This document shows, one piece after another, positions 30,659 to 39,547 of a stretch of 64,000 nt of DNA. Each line of letters begins with the position of its first letter. Position 1 is the first letter of the stretch. Origin of the DNA: Thainema sp. (GTDB lineage Bacteria > Cyanobacteriota > Cyanobacteriia > Phormidesmidales > Phormidesmidaceae). The translations under genes and the position numbers were made by a program. The stretch covers positions 1 to 64,000 of the forward strand of contig JBQLZK010000034.1 of NCBI GenBank assembly GCA_052168235.1, written 5' to 3'. The notes under the pieces were generated by a model that had not been told where the DNA came from, made no database searches, and saw only the letters and a list, made by a program, of their open reading frames with translations.

Positions 30659-31834
30659 CTACTGCCACGGTTCATCGACAACTTGCGCTTCCTCATGGAT
30701 GTAGTTAGGTTTGCCGTTGCGCGGTAGCTGACCGGACAGCACCAAATGCGCCATCGTGTCGCAAATCACGCGGGTCGCCATTAGCGAGGTCATGTCGCTG
30801 ACATCGTAGGGTGGGGACACTTCTACGACTTCGAGGCCGCAAACAGGAGCTTTTTGCACAATTTTGCCCAGTAGATACAGTGCCTCGCGCGGCAGCAGGC
30901 CACCGGGTTCTGGCCAGCCCGTTCCAGGGACGAATCCGGCATCAATACAGTCAATATCGAAGCTAATCCACACGCAGTCGGTACCATCTAGCGCTCGCTC
31001 TAAGGCAAAATCTACGGCGGCATCTAGCCCCATTTCTGTAATATCGGTGACGGTCAGGATATTGGTGCTGCGCTCTCGGCAAACTTTCACGCCGGGGCGA
31101 GGCACTTGCCAGCCGCCAATTCCCAGTTGCACTAGGTTCTTTGCAGGCGCGTTGGCCATGTTGGTCGCATGGAACCAGGGGCAGGTGTGCATCCGCTCAT
31201 CCAAGTCCGTTTCCTGTGTATCCACATGGCGGTCAAAGTGGATAATGCCAACTTTCTTGTCGCCCAGGTGACGGCAAACGCCCCGCACTGTGGGGAAGCC
31301 AATGGAGTGGTCGCCGCCTAGGATGATGGGGAACGCGCCGGAGCTGAAAATATGGGAAATGCCTTTGGAAATTTGGTCGAACGACTTTTCGTTATTCGCC
31401 GGAATCGTGAAGATATCGCCCACGTCGCACAGGGTAATTTGCTCCCGCAGATCCACGCCTAGCTCGAAGTTGTAGGGCGTATACAGGGCTGAAATCCGCC
31501 GAATGCCCTGTGGCCCAAACCGCGTACCGGGTCGATAGGTCGTGCCGGAATCGTGGGGCACCCCCACAATCGCCACATCGTACTCGCCCACCTTCCGCAC
31601 GTCTTCTAGATAGGGCGCTTTCAAAAAAGTATTGATGCCTGCAAAGTGAGGCAGTTCGCCTCGTGAGAAGGTAGAAATTGTGCGATCGCGGATGCTCTCA
31701 GCTGCTTCCAGACCATACTCTAAGCCTTTGGACACTTCCTGCTGCCAGCCCGTCATCGGCAGCTGGGTTTCTTTTTGTAAGGCTCGTTGAGCTTCGGTAT
31801 CCCCTGGATTTTGAAACAATGATTCGTCAGTCAT
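30659..31834 (-). CDS. gdmH: Ni-dependent guanidine hydrolase (ureohydrolase/agmatinase family)
   Basis: GGDHS, HFDRHVD, SFDIDC.D; riboswitch upstream and hypA-hypB-ABC downstream, as in the characterised Synechocystis gdmH operon. Confidence 0.88.
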   Translation of the reverse strand: MTDESLFQNPGDTEAQRALQKETQLPMTGWQQEVSKGLEYGLEAAESIRDRTISTFSRGELPHFAGINTFLKAPYLEDVRKVGEYDVAIVGVPHDSGTTYRPGTRFGPQGIRRISALYTPYNFELGVDLREQITLCDVGDIFTIPANNEKSFDQISKGISHIFSSGAFPIILGGDHSIGFPTVRGVCRHLGDKKVGIIHFDRHVDTQETDLDERMHTCPWFHATNMANAPAKNLVQLGIGGWQVPRPGVKVCRERSTNILTVTDITEMGLDAAVDFALERALDGTDCVWISFDIDCIDAGFVPGTGWPEPGGLLPREALYLLGKIVQKAPVCGLEVVEVSPPYDVSDMTSLMATRVICDTMAHLVLSGQLPRNGKPNYIHEEAQVVDEPWQ

Positions 31835-31943
31835 GAACTCAGGCACCTAAATAAATTGGGTCGAATCTGTTATAGGTCAATGCCAGCAATCGCGAGCGAA
31901 AATTTTGCCCCAGATTCCCATTCAATCAACAAAAATTAGCTAC

Positions 31944-32000
31944 AAAAAAACCGGGGAAACGCAAACAAAGCTGCTAACCTTGCTGCTGTTTCTCCCGGGC
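31944..32000 (-). terminator. riboswitch expression-platform terminator
   Basis: On the minus strand CCGGGAGAAAC...GTTTCCCCGG then TTTTTTT; the 5' arm overlaps the aptamer 3' tail. Confidence 0.85.
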
Positions 32001-32222
32001 TTTTATCCCGCCGTGTGACCAAGTTTGTCACGTCAACTGGTGCAAATTACTTGGCTGCCCCTCTTGGACCAGACACGATGGCTATATCTTGCAAATCCGT
32101 CAATAAAAACCGAGTAATAGTTTGGATGAGAGGCAGACTTCGCCTGCCTCTCATCCAAACTATGCTGGGATCTCATAACCGGAACTTGCATGAGACATTG
32201 CTAAAGCCGGAACCCTAGAAGC
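31990..32222 (-). ncRNA. guanidine-I (ykkC-yxkD) riboswitch with a large insertion
   Basis: Minus-strand CTAGGGTTCCG ... CTGGTCCAAGAG ... ACACGGCGGGATAAAAGCCCGGGAG. Confidence 0.93.
32089..32191. mobile_element. ~103-bp mini-element (terminal inverted repeats + hairpin) inside the riboswitch
   Basis: Perfect 20-bp hairpin at 32117-32163; flanks resemble the elements at 40766-40866 and 57310-57400. Confidence 0.6.
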
Positions 32223-32290
32223 AATTTTGGATGAATTAAAGAGTTTGAGTTGTCTAGTCCAAGAAATACCAATCTGCCGCTGAGGCAGAG

Positions 32291-32304
32291 GTAGCTTCTG
32301 ATAC
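32291..32304 (-). promoter_or_regulatory. NtcA binding site
   Basis: Perfect GTA-N8-TAC (GTAGCTTCTGATAC), 22 nt upstream of a weak -10 (TATTTC) oriented toward the riboswitch. Confidence 0.8.
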
Positions 32305-32416
32305 AAAAATGGAAATCGTTCAGCTCAAACGCTTGATGTGGACAGAACCAGCCAGTTTTTCGGCACCTGCCATCTTTCGTTACAATAGTTAACTAAGCAA
32401 AACTTAAAGTATTCAA

Positions 32417-32612
32417 GATGCGTTAGGTACTGACGGTACGTATTGAGCGTAGTTGTCCGATCCCCCGCTGTCGCCGCCCCCTTGAAAAAGGGGCTATACC
32501 ACCGCTAGCTCAAAGTCCCCCTTTTTCTAGGCGAAGCCATGCCCAAAGGGCTATAGGGGGATTTAGGGGGATCTGTCAGAGTATTTCGCTAAACAAGTAC
32601 CGCTAACGCATC
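32417..32612. repeat. MITE-like element with GATGCGTTAG terminal inverted repeats and a CCCCC/GGGGGATTTAGGGGGATCT core
   Basis: Terminal inverted repeats; the core is shared with 60323-60399. Confidence 0.65.
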
Positions 32613-32645
32613 AATCCTCAATCCGTCGTAGTTTAGTTGCCCACG

Positions 32646-33053
32646 ATGTCCTCGACTCCTCAAACCATTCAGTACCCACCCTCGACGCTGGCTCGTGCTG
32701 AGCGAGCCGTGCGCTGTAGCCCATTTCGACCTCAGCTCTTCACAACGATTCAGTGGCAAAGCGTGGAGCTACGTGCGATCGCATCTGAGCGAGGCGTGCG
32801 TAATGGCTATACCACTCGCGCTTTGCCCGAACTAGTGGCTGAAACCGAATTGCTCTGGCTAATTCAAGTCGGCCTCCTGCGGCGTGAGGTCGATGGTCAG
32901 GGCTTAACCGATAGCTTCCGCTTGACCCCCTTGGGACGGCAACTGGTGCGCCGCTGGGAACAGCAAAGAGACAAATCTCTATCTGCTTCCTGGCTTGACC
33001 AGCTATTAAATTGGCTGAATCGCTGGTTCCGTCGGCCAAGTTGGTTGTCATAG
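32646..33053 (+). CDS. Npun_F0494 family conserved cyanobacterial protein
   Basis: RAERAVRCSPF, LLWLIQVGLLRREVDGQGLTDSFRLTPLG. Confidence 0.8.
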   Translation: MSSTPQTIQYPPSTLARAERAVRCSPFRPQLFTTIQWQSVELRAIASERGVRNGYTTRALPELVAETELLWLIQVGLLRREVDGQGLTDSFRLTPLGRQLVRRWEQQRDKSLSASWLDQLLNWLNRWFRRPSWLS

Positions 33054-33080
33054 TAGAAAGGTAAATATCGCGGTAATTAG

Positions 33081-33133
33081 GTTCTAACGTTTAAACGTTA
33101 GAACGTGCGAACGTTTAAACGTTCCAACATTAA
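33081..33133. repeat. tandem AACGTTNN octamer array forming palindromes
   Basis: 24-bp palindrome at 33081-33104 and 16-bp palindrome at 33109-33124. Confidence 0.7.
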
Positions 33134-33177
33134 ACTCATCCCGCTACTGCTATCCCTTCAAATTTCTCCCCAAACTC

Positions 33178-33936
33178 TTGGTCATCACATTTCTCGCCTT
33201 TATCGGACTGCTAGGCTTCACGGTGATTAATCCGCGATCGCAACTTCGTTTGCGACAAAAATCGCGTGAAAGTTGGATTTTGGATATCAGCGGTTTATGG
33301 GTACAGGGGTTAGTGATTCCCTGGCTGCAAATTGTGCTGGTGATGCGGCTGTATGGCTGGTTGATGCCGTCGGCTCAAGCGATGCTATCGCTGCATCCTG
33401 TGCTGGCGTTTTTGCTCAGTTTTGTGGCGGTGGACTATCTATATTACTGGAATCATCGGTTGCTGCATTCGCGATCGCTCTGGTTCATTCATCGGGTTCA
33501 CCACACGGTGACGGATATGGATGTGCTGGGTACGTCGCGCAATACGCTGTGGAGCAGCTTTTTCATTGTGTATCTGTGGGTACATGCGCTGTTTATTTTC
33601 TGGCTGGCTGACCCAATGTGGTACGTTATCGGCGTTGGCCTGTCGAATGCGCTGGATTTGTGGCGACACAGTGAGGCGCATTTGCCGAATTGGATCAGTC
33701 GCTGGTTATCGCCGTGGTTAATTATGCCGATTGACCATGCGACACATCACCATCGAGACTTTTGTGGGACGAACTTTGGGGCAAACTTGAAAGTTTGGGA
33801 TTGGTTGCATAGGACGGCTTGCGAGGAAATACGTTCGGCTTTGCCGCCGCATAGAGAATTGCAGGTTCCTCTAGCAGATAGCTTAGGTATACCGTTGAAG
33901 ATCGGCTTAATACGCCAGCTTCTACTACCGCTATAG
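33178..33936 (+). CDS. sterol desaturase / fatty acid hydroxylase family membrane protein
   Basis: His boxes YYWNHRLLH, HRVHH, HATHHH; NFG...WD. Confidence 0.88.
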   Translation: MVITFLAFIGLLGFTVINPRSQLRLRQKSRESWILDISGLWVQGLVIPWLQIVLVMRLYGWLMPSAQAMLSLHPVLAFLLSFVAVDYLYYWNHRLLHSRSLWFIHRVHHTVTDMDVLGTSRNTLWSSFFIVYLWVHALFIFWLADPMWYVIGVGLSNALDLWRHSEAHLPNWISRWLSPWLIMPIDHATHHHRDFCGTNFGANLKVWDWLHRTACEEIRSALPPHRELQVPLADSLGIPLKIGLIRQLLLPL

Positions 33937-33958
33937 CGTTGAGCGGTCAACCCCTTAA

Positions 33959-35641
33959 CTATTTTTGAATTCTGGCTTTAGCCGGCTTAAACCTTACAGC
34001 CAGTTCACTCAACATGCCCAGAATGCAAGTCCAAGCCAATACATAACAAGGAAACAAATAACGCCAGAATGGAAAAGAATCAGGAATTAAATTACCAAAT
34101 GCATATACCACACTAAATAATGCAGGGATCGTCCATTCAATACGACGAGCAACCAGCCCAATTAATACTGTCAAAATTGAGACTATATAGAAAAAGTAGT
34201 GCCTGAAAGTAAAATTGGTAATTGGAAAAGCTAGCATCCAATTCATGACTTTTCCGTATGCTTCTTGAGCCAGCGGGATTTTGCTATCTAAGCCAATATT
34301 TAAATCTACCATTCTGGGCATTGGGGGATGATCGGTGATACCTCCCCAATCTTGGTACATGACCCTTGAATTTTGTAATACATGGGCAAAATTACAGGCT
34401 TTATGCCTTGCATATGCAATTGGATATTGGAACATCATGCCTATAGTCTTGTGCATAATAAAGCGAGACTCTTCTAGAACTAGCTGTTCCTTATCCGCCA
34501 ACCTAATATTTCTGGCCCAAATCATGGGAAACACGCAATTAAAACCATCACCCATAAAAAGGTCAAACGTTCCATTGCCAAACCTTTCATCAATCGACTG
34601 TCGTTCGGCTTCCAATTCAGCCTCACTGATAATGGATTTAGCATTATGAATAGTTCCGACATACTGACTAAGGAAGACCTGACCTGCTGGTGATTCTCCA
34701 GTTACATTGGGACTGATCTCAACTAGTTTGCCTGGAACAATTAGAAGAATAAGCATTAACGGCAGTGCCTTTAACGCCCGGTAAACTTTATTCTGCCTCC
34801 ATGCAAAATAGAACAGATATCCAATAGGAATCGGAATCAATACAACCGCTTCGCGACGAAAACAAATCGCAATTGAAAGACAAATGATCGACAACAAAAA
34901 CGACGATTGACTATTAAGTCGAAACGCACGAATTAGACAAGCCGTTGATAGCATCACAAATGACGCCATAGACGTATTTGAAATTGCCGCATTCGAGTAC
35001 AGCCAGATCTGCGGAATCAGAGCAATAACGACCGTACTGACAAAAAAAAATTTGGGCTTTTGGATAATTTGCCACAGCAAATAGAAGGTAGAACTCCAGA
35101 AAGCAAACCCTTGAAGACTAGTGAATAAGCTTTGGTTTTTGACAATGAACTGCGTCAAGTGCATGATCATTGCCAAGAACGGAGGATGCCAGGCATTATA
35201 TTCGTTAATCAGTGCCTGTTCCCAGGCCATGCTCGCATCATAGGACACAATTCCTGGATAGAAAACGAGCATCAAGAAAACGCTTAGCGTCATAGAAGCT
35301 GAGAAAATATAAATTGGTAAAATCGGCAACGCATATTTTCTGTAGTCTATTCTGTCGCTATACAGCAATAAGTAGGCACTGAGACCAAGACTGACTAAAA
35401 CCGCCCATTCTAATAAACAGAAAACAACCGCCATCAGCACAGCCAAAAACAGAGGCAATTGGAACGTAAACGAAATAAACAAGCCAGGGTCAGAGAACGT
35501 ACTTAGCCAGATAGGGAAACTGAGTACTCCTAAAACGGCTGCAGTTAAACTTACCCATTTAGTAGCTTTCTGGTGTTCTGTAAACAAAAAGTACAGGTTA
35601 TTTAGAGTAGCTGAATCTTTTATTTTCATTTGAGCAATCAA
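33959..35641 (-). CDS. multi-TM membrane protein, GT-C glycosyltransferase-like
   Basis: YPG..SYD....EQA......WHPP loop, many TM segments, C-terminal RY..P; AT-rich. Confidence 0.6.
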   Translation of the reverse strand: MIAQMKIKDSATLNNLYFLFTEHQKATKWVSLTAAVLGVLSFPIWLSTFSDPGLFISFTFQLPLFLAVLMAVVFCLLEWAVLVSLGLSAYLLLYSDRIDYRKYALPILPIYIFSASMTLSVFLMLVFYPGIVSYDASMAWEQALINEYNAWHPPFLAMIMHLTQFIVKNQSLFTSLQGFAFWSSTFYLLWQIIQKPKFFFVSTVVIALIPQIWLYSNAAISNTSMASFVMLSTACLIRAFRLNSQSSFLLSIICLSIAICFRREAVVLIPIPIGYLFYFAWRQNKVYRALKALPLMLILLIVPGKLVEISPNVTGESPAGQVFLSQYVGTIHNAKSIISEAELEAERQSIDERFGNGTFDLFMGDGFNCVFPMIWARNIRLADKEQLVLEESRFIMHKTIGMMFQYPIAYARHKACNFAHVLQNSRVMYQDWGGITDHPPMPRMVDLNIGLDSKIPLAQEAYGKVMNWMLAFPITNFTFRHYFFYIVSILTVLIGLVARRIEWTIPALFSVVYAFGNLIPDSFPFWRYLFPCYVLAWTCILGMLSELAVRFKPAKARIQK

Positions 35642-35928
35642 TAATTTATAAAGTCAGCTGTCTTAATTGCTTGAAATACACGGATATTAATGTTTTATCG
35701 AGCACTAGCTAGTTACTGATTAGCTTGAAGAGATATAACTTGCGCTTGTTTTCCAAGCCTATGTATCAGGCCTAAATTCCATGCCAGCTTTGTACCAACA
35801 GTATTCGGGCCATGTTTGGCGATGTAATCTCTTTCATACAGCAGATTCATACAGCAAAAAAATGTTTGCTCAAGAGTGAGTTGGGATTAGTTGGAAGTAT
35901 ATCAAAGTTTAAGAAGTAACAGCCCTTC

Positions 35929-37842
35929 TTATCTTTCCTCGCCATCATTACCATCATTACCATCATTGGTGACATCGTCCTCATTGGGTGACAGCGTGGC
36001 TGTGCGAGGTGGACGATTGCCGTTGTGGGTATCAGCTTGGGAGGAGTGGTGACCGTCTTGTTGGTCAACATCGCGATCGCGGTTTTGCCCAAATCGTCCG
36101 CCTTGAATTTGCATGGGTAGCGTGTCCACGCCGTGGAACCACAGATCTTGCTGAGGAATGGGAATCTGAATATTGGCTTTGTCGAAGGCAAGCTTGAGGC
36201 GGCGGCGATATTCGCGAGCAACGTCCCACTGCTTCATCGGTTGAGTTTTAATCCACAGGCGAATGATGACGCCGTTTTGGCCGAAGTCATCAACACCGAG
36301 CATATTGGGTTCTTCCAAAAACAACGGTTGCCAGTCGGGTTCATGCCGCATATCTTCAGCGACTCGATGCATGATCGATTGTGCTTGTTCTAAATCGGAG
36401 TGATAGGCGACTGGGATTTGCAGGTCTACCCGTGACCAGTTGTTGGTTAGGTTGGCAACTGCGCCAATTTGGCTGGTGGGAACGGAAATCAGTCGTCCGG
36501 CGGTATCGCGGAGCTTGGTGACGCGCAGGTTGAAGTCTTCGACGACGCCAGCAAGGCCGTGGTTATCTTCCAGCACCACAACGTCACCAATGGCGTATTG
36601 GTCTTCCAGGATGATAAAAATGCCGTTGACTGCGCCGCGAATCAGATTCTGGAAGATGAGTGAAATGGCGACGCTCAATAAGCTAAAGCTGGTGAGTAAG
36701 ACGGCTAAGTCAATACCGGCAACGGCTAAAGCAATCAGAACGCCAATCACAATCCAGGCAAAAACAGCAATATTTTTCAGGACGCTGGACACGGTGGAAA
36801 CCCTAAGTTCAGTCCGCCGATTATGCTGAGGCGCAATGTTAATGCCCATCATGAAGCGATTAATTAACACAAAGCTGAGCCGTGCGCCGACGTAGGCCAC
36901 CACAATCACAATGATGGCCAATAGAGGAACCCGCAGTACAGCGATTACACTTTCCTGTAGTGCTCTCGTTTCAGGGAAAATGCCTAAAATCAGCACGACT
37001 GCACCAATGAACAGGATGACCTGTAGCAGCTGTAGGACGCGCCGCTGAATTTCATGCAGATTCTTGTGCTGCTCTTGCTCAACTTCGTCCGATTCACCCG
37101 GTTGAGTAAACCAGCCCAAAATCTGATTGGATAGCCAGGTTCGCTTCTGCAGCAGCCCCGCCAAGAGAATGAGCAATAGCGCTCCCACACCAATAACCGC
37201 TGATCGAGTGACCTGCTGAATCCGTGCATCTGACTGGCGGGCCTGCCGCGCCTCTTGTAAGACTTCTGGTAAGCGCTGCTCTAGCTCTTGGGCTAAGGCC
37301 CACGGGGTCAGGCCGAGGAGCTCGGCATCCTGCTGATTGAGCGTGGTCAGATAAGTCCCGTTGACATAAATGCTGGGTAGCTCTTGCTCCCCTGTCGCCT
37401 CAATCGTTACGTCCAAGTCTGCACTGTCTTGGCTGACATATTCGTTGCGAATCTGCTCCAGATTGGTTTCAACTTGGTTAACCCGTCGGGAAAGCGCCGA
37501 CTGAGGGGCCGTCACCTGAAACACCCGTCCTCCATCGAGAGTGATCCAGCCCGCTGCATTTTCTGTACTGGCGCTATCGCCCCCGCCAGCCGATAAGTTC
37601 GGTAGCGAAATTTGCTGGAGCACTGGCGGCTGCGATGCAGGTGCAAGCTGGGCTTGAGCAGGCTGAGCCCAAAACGTGCCCAGCAGACTGCTGAGGCCCA
37701 AGCTGATGACGCAGAGTACACCACATAGCCAACGCCACTGCTGCCGGGATAAAAGGTGCGATCGCAAATCTACACCCCTTGCCACAGTTTTACGCTGCCG
37801 CATATTCGGTTTTCTTGGCGGTGATTGGGATGAATAAGGCAC
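35929..37842 (-). CDS. MscS family mechanosensitive ion channel
   Basis: QNLI...NGIFIILEDQYAIGD, G.VE..NLRVT.LR...G.L..VP. Confidence 0.9.
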   Translation of the reverse strand: MPYSSQSPPRKPNMRQRKTVARGVDLRSHLLSRQQWRWLCGVLCVISLGLSSLLGTFWAQPAQAQLAPASQPPVLQQISLPNLSAGGGDSASTENAAGWITLDGGRVFQVTAPQSALSRRVNQVETNLEQIRNEYVSQDSADLDVTIEATGEQELPSIYVNGTYLTTLNQQDAELLGLTPWALAQELEQRLPEVLQEARQARQSDARIQQVTRSAVIGVGALLLILLAGLLQKRTWLSNQILGWFTQPGESDEVEQEQHKNLHEIQRRVLQLLQVILFIGAVVLILGIFPETRALQESVIAVLRVPLLAIIVIVVAYVGARLSFVLINRFMMGINIAPQHNRRTELRVSTVSSVLKNIAVFAWIVIGVLIALAVAGIDLAVLLTSFSLLSVAISLIFQNLIRGAVNGIFIILEDQYAIGDVVVLEDNHGLAGVVEDFNLRVTKLRDTAGRLISVPTSQIGAVANLTNNWSRVDLQIPVAYHSDLEQAQSIMHRVAEDMRHEPDWQPLFLEEPNMLGVDDFGQNGVIIRLWIKTQPMKQWDVAREYRRRLKLAFDKANIQIPIPQQDLWFHGVDTLPMQIQGGRFGQNRDRDVDQQDGHHSSQADTHNGNRPPRTATLSPNEDDVTNDGNDGNDGEER

Positions 37843-38126
37843 AACTAAATCTTTGATGACGACTCAAAAACGTTTGAATTACAGTCCGCAGATTAAGCAA
37901 ATCTACTCATCCATTCATCATTCGCAAGTGAGAGACTCTAATGCTATAAGGTAGACTGCCAAAACCCTTTGTGTGCTTGAAAATACGGGGATCAGACCTG
38001 TTTCTCAGACGCTTTTCAGACAAACTACTTTGTCTCTAGGAACAACTGCTATACAATCCATGCAGCAATGGATTGAGCACACAACTTGCACCCCAAAGTG
38101 GGTCAATCTCCTAAAGAGGACAACCC

Positions 38127-38939
38127 TTGGTGGATGACGAATCTCGCACTCGGATCAATCGCCTAGCAGTCCTGATTGATGCCGACAATGCTAGAGCTGA
38201 TTTAGTAGAGCCGCTGCTGAAAGAAGTGGCCAAATACGGCACGGCTAATGTCAAGCGCATCTACGGCGACTGGACGCGATCGCACTTAGCCAGTTGGAAG
38301 GAAAAGCTGAATCAGCACGCGATTCAGCCCATCCAGCAGTTCGCCTATACAACGGGCAAAAACGCTACCGACAGCGCCCTGATCATCGACGCGATGGATT
38401 TGCTCTACACGGAAAATTTTGACGGATTCTGCATTGTCTCCAGTGACAGCGACTTTACTCGTTTGGCCTCCCGTTTGCGAGAAGCCGGGCTGTCCGTGTA
38501 CGGCTTTGGCGAACAAAAAACGCCAGAAGCCTTTGTGAAAGCCTGCGATCGCTTTATCTATACCGAAATTCTAGAAGACACCGATGATGAAGTTGCGGAT
38601 GAAGTCGCTGGTGATGAAATCACCTCGGGACAACCCACACCCGTCAAATCGGTTAAGCAAAAATCTAATAAACGTAGCGGTTCAACCCTGCGCCGCGATC
38701 GCAAGTTAGTGAAACTCCTGATCGACGCTTACGAAGCCACTGCCGAAGAAGACGGTTGGGCTAACCTGGGGCCGCTCGGTTCTCAGCTCAACAAGCTTTC
38801 ATCCTCATTTGACGCCCGCAACTACGGCTACAAAAAACTCGGTGAACTGGTGCGCGCCATCGGCCTATTCGACGTGCAGGAAATTCGGCGCGGCAACGCC
38901 GTCAAAGGCATCCGCGTCTGCCTCAAATCTGAACACTAA
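38127..38939 (+). CDS. NYN domain protein with a C-terminal OST-HTH/LOTUS domain
   Basis: LIDADN, YGDW, GKNATD, SSDSDF; FDARNYGYKKL. Confidence 0.92.
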   Translation: MVDDESRTRINRLAVLIDADNARADLVEPLLKEVAKYGTANVKRIYGDWTRSHLASWKEKLNQHAIQPIQQFAYTTGKNATDSALIIDAMDLLYTENFDGFCIVSSDSDFTRLASRLREAGLSVYGFGEQKTPEAFVKACDRFIYTEILEDTDDEVADEVAGDEITSGQPTPVKSVKQKSNKRSGSTLRRDRKLVKLLIDAYEATAEEDGWANLGPLGSQLNKLSSSFDARNYGYKKLGELVRAIGLFDVQEIRRGNAVKGIRVCLKSEH

Positions 38940-39029
38940 ATTCCCCTTGCTTTCCTGCTCCCGCTCTCAACTCATCAATCTACGTCATGATGAGGGAATA
39001 GAGATCTCAAACCTAAGGAGAATTCGCTC

Positions 39030-39503
39030 ATGCAACCTGAAGTCTATGTAAAATCAGCATCGTTGTATGACACCGACTTCCAACTCTGGATTGAGCAAAC
39101 GGTAGAGCAGTTACGAGATCGCAACTTTAGCCAGCTTGATCTAGAAAATTTAATTGAGGAGATCGAAAGCTTGGGTAGAAGTGATAAACGCGCGATTTCC
39201 AGCTACTTAATGCGACTCTGTGAACATATTCTCAAGCTGAAATACTGGGAATCTGAGCGAGAAAGATGTTTTCGAGGCTGGCTGGTAGAGATCACTAATT
39301 TTCGCTTGAATATTCAAGCCATACTTGATGATAGTCCTAGCCTGAGAAACTATCTGGATGAGAAATTTATGCTGGAGTACCAGAGAGCAAGAAAGCTCTT
39401 TCTCAAAGCCAGTGAGTTAAATGCCAACCTGATTCCCGAAGAACCAGACTTTACGCTCGAACAAGCACTTGACGAAGATTGGCTGCCCTGGCAGCCCCAA
39501 TAG
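39030..39503 (+). CDS. DUF29 family protein
   Basis: LYDTDF..W, LDLENLIEEIESLGRS, SPSL, FTLEQ.LD..W.P. Confidence 0.92.
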   Translation: MQPEVYVKSASLYDTDFQLWIEQTVEQLRDRNFSQLDLENLIEEIESLGRSDKRAISSYLMRLCEHILKLKYWESERERCFRGWLVEITNFRLNIQAILDDSPSLRNYLDEKFMLEYQRARKLFLKASELNANLIPEEPDFTLEQALDEDWLPWQPQ

Positions 39504-39547
39504 TTTCCGTTACACTGCATGAGAGACTTCATGGGTTATATCGATCA

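Noticed and set aside
30659..31834. Agmatinase (speB) call
   Set aside because: The guanidine riboswitch and Ni chaperones point to GdmH instead.
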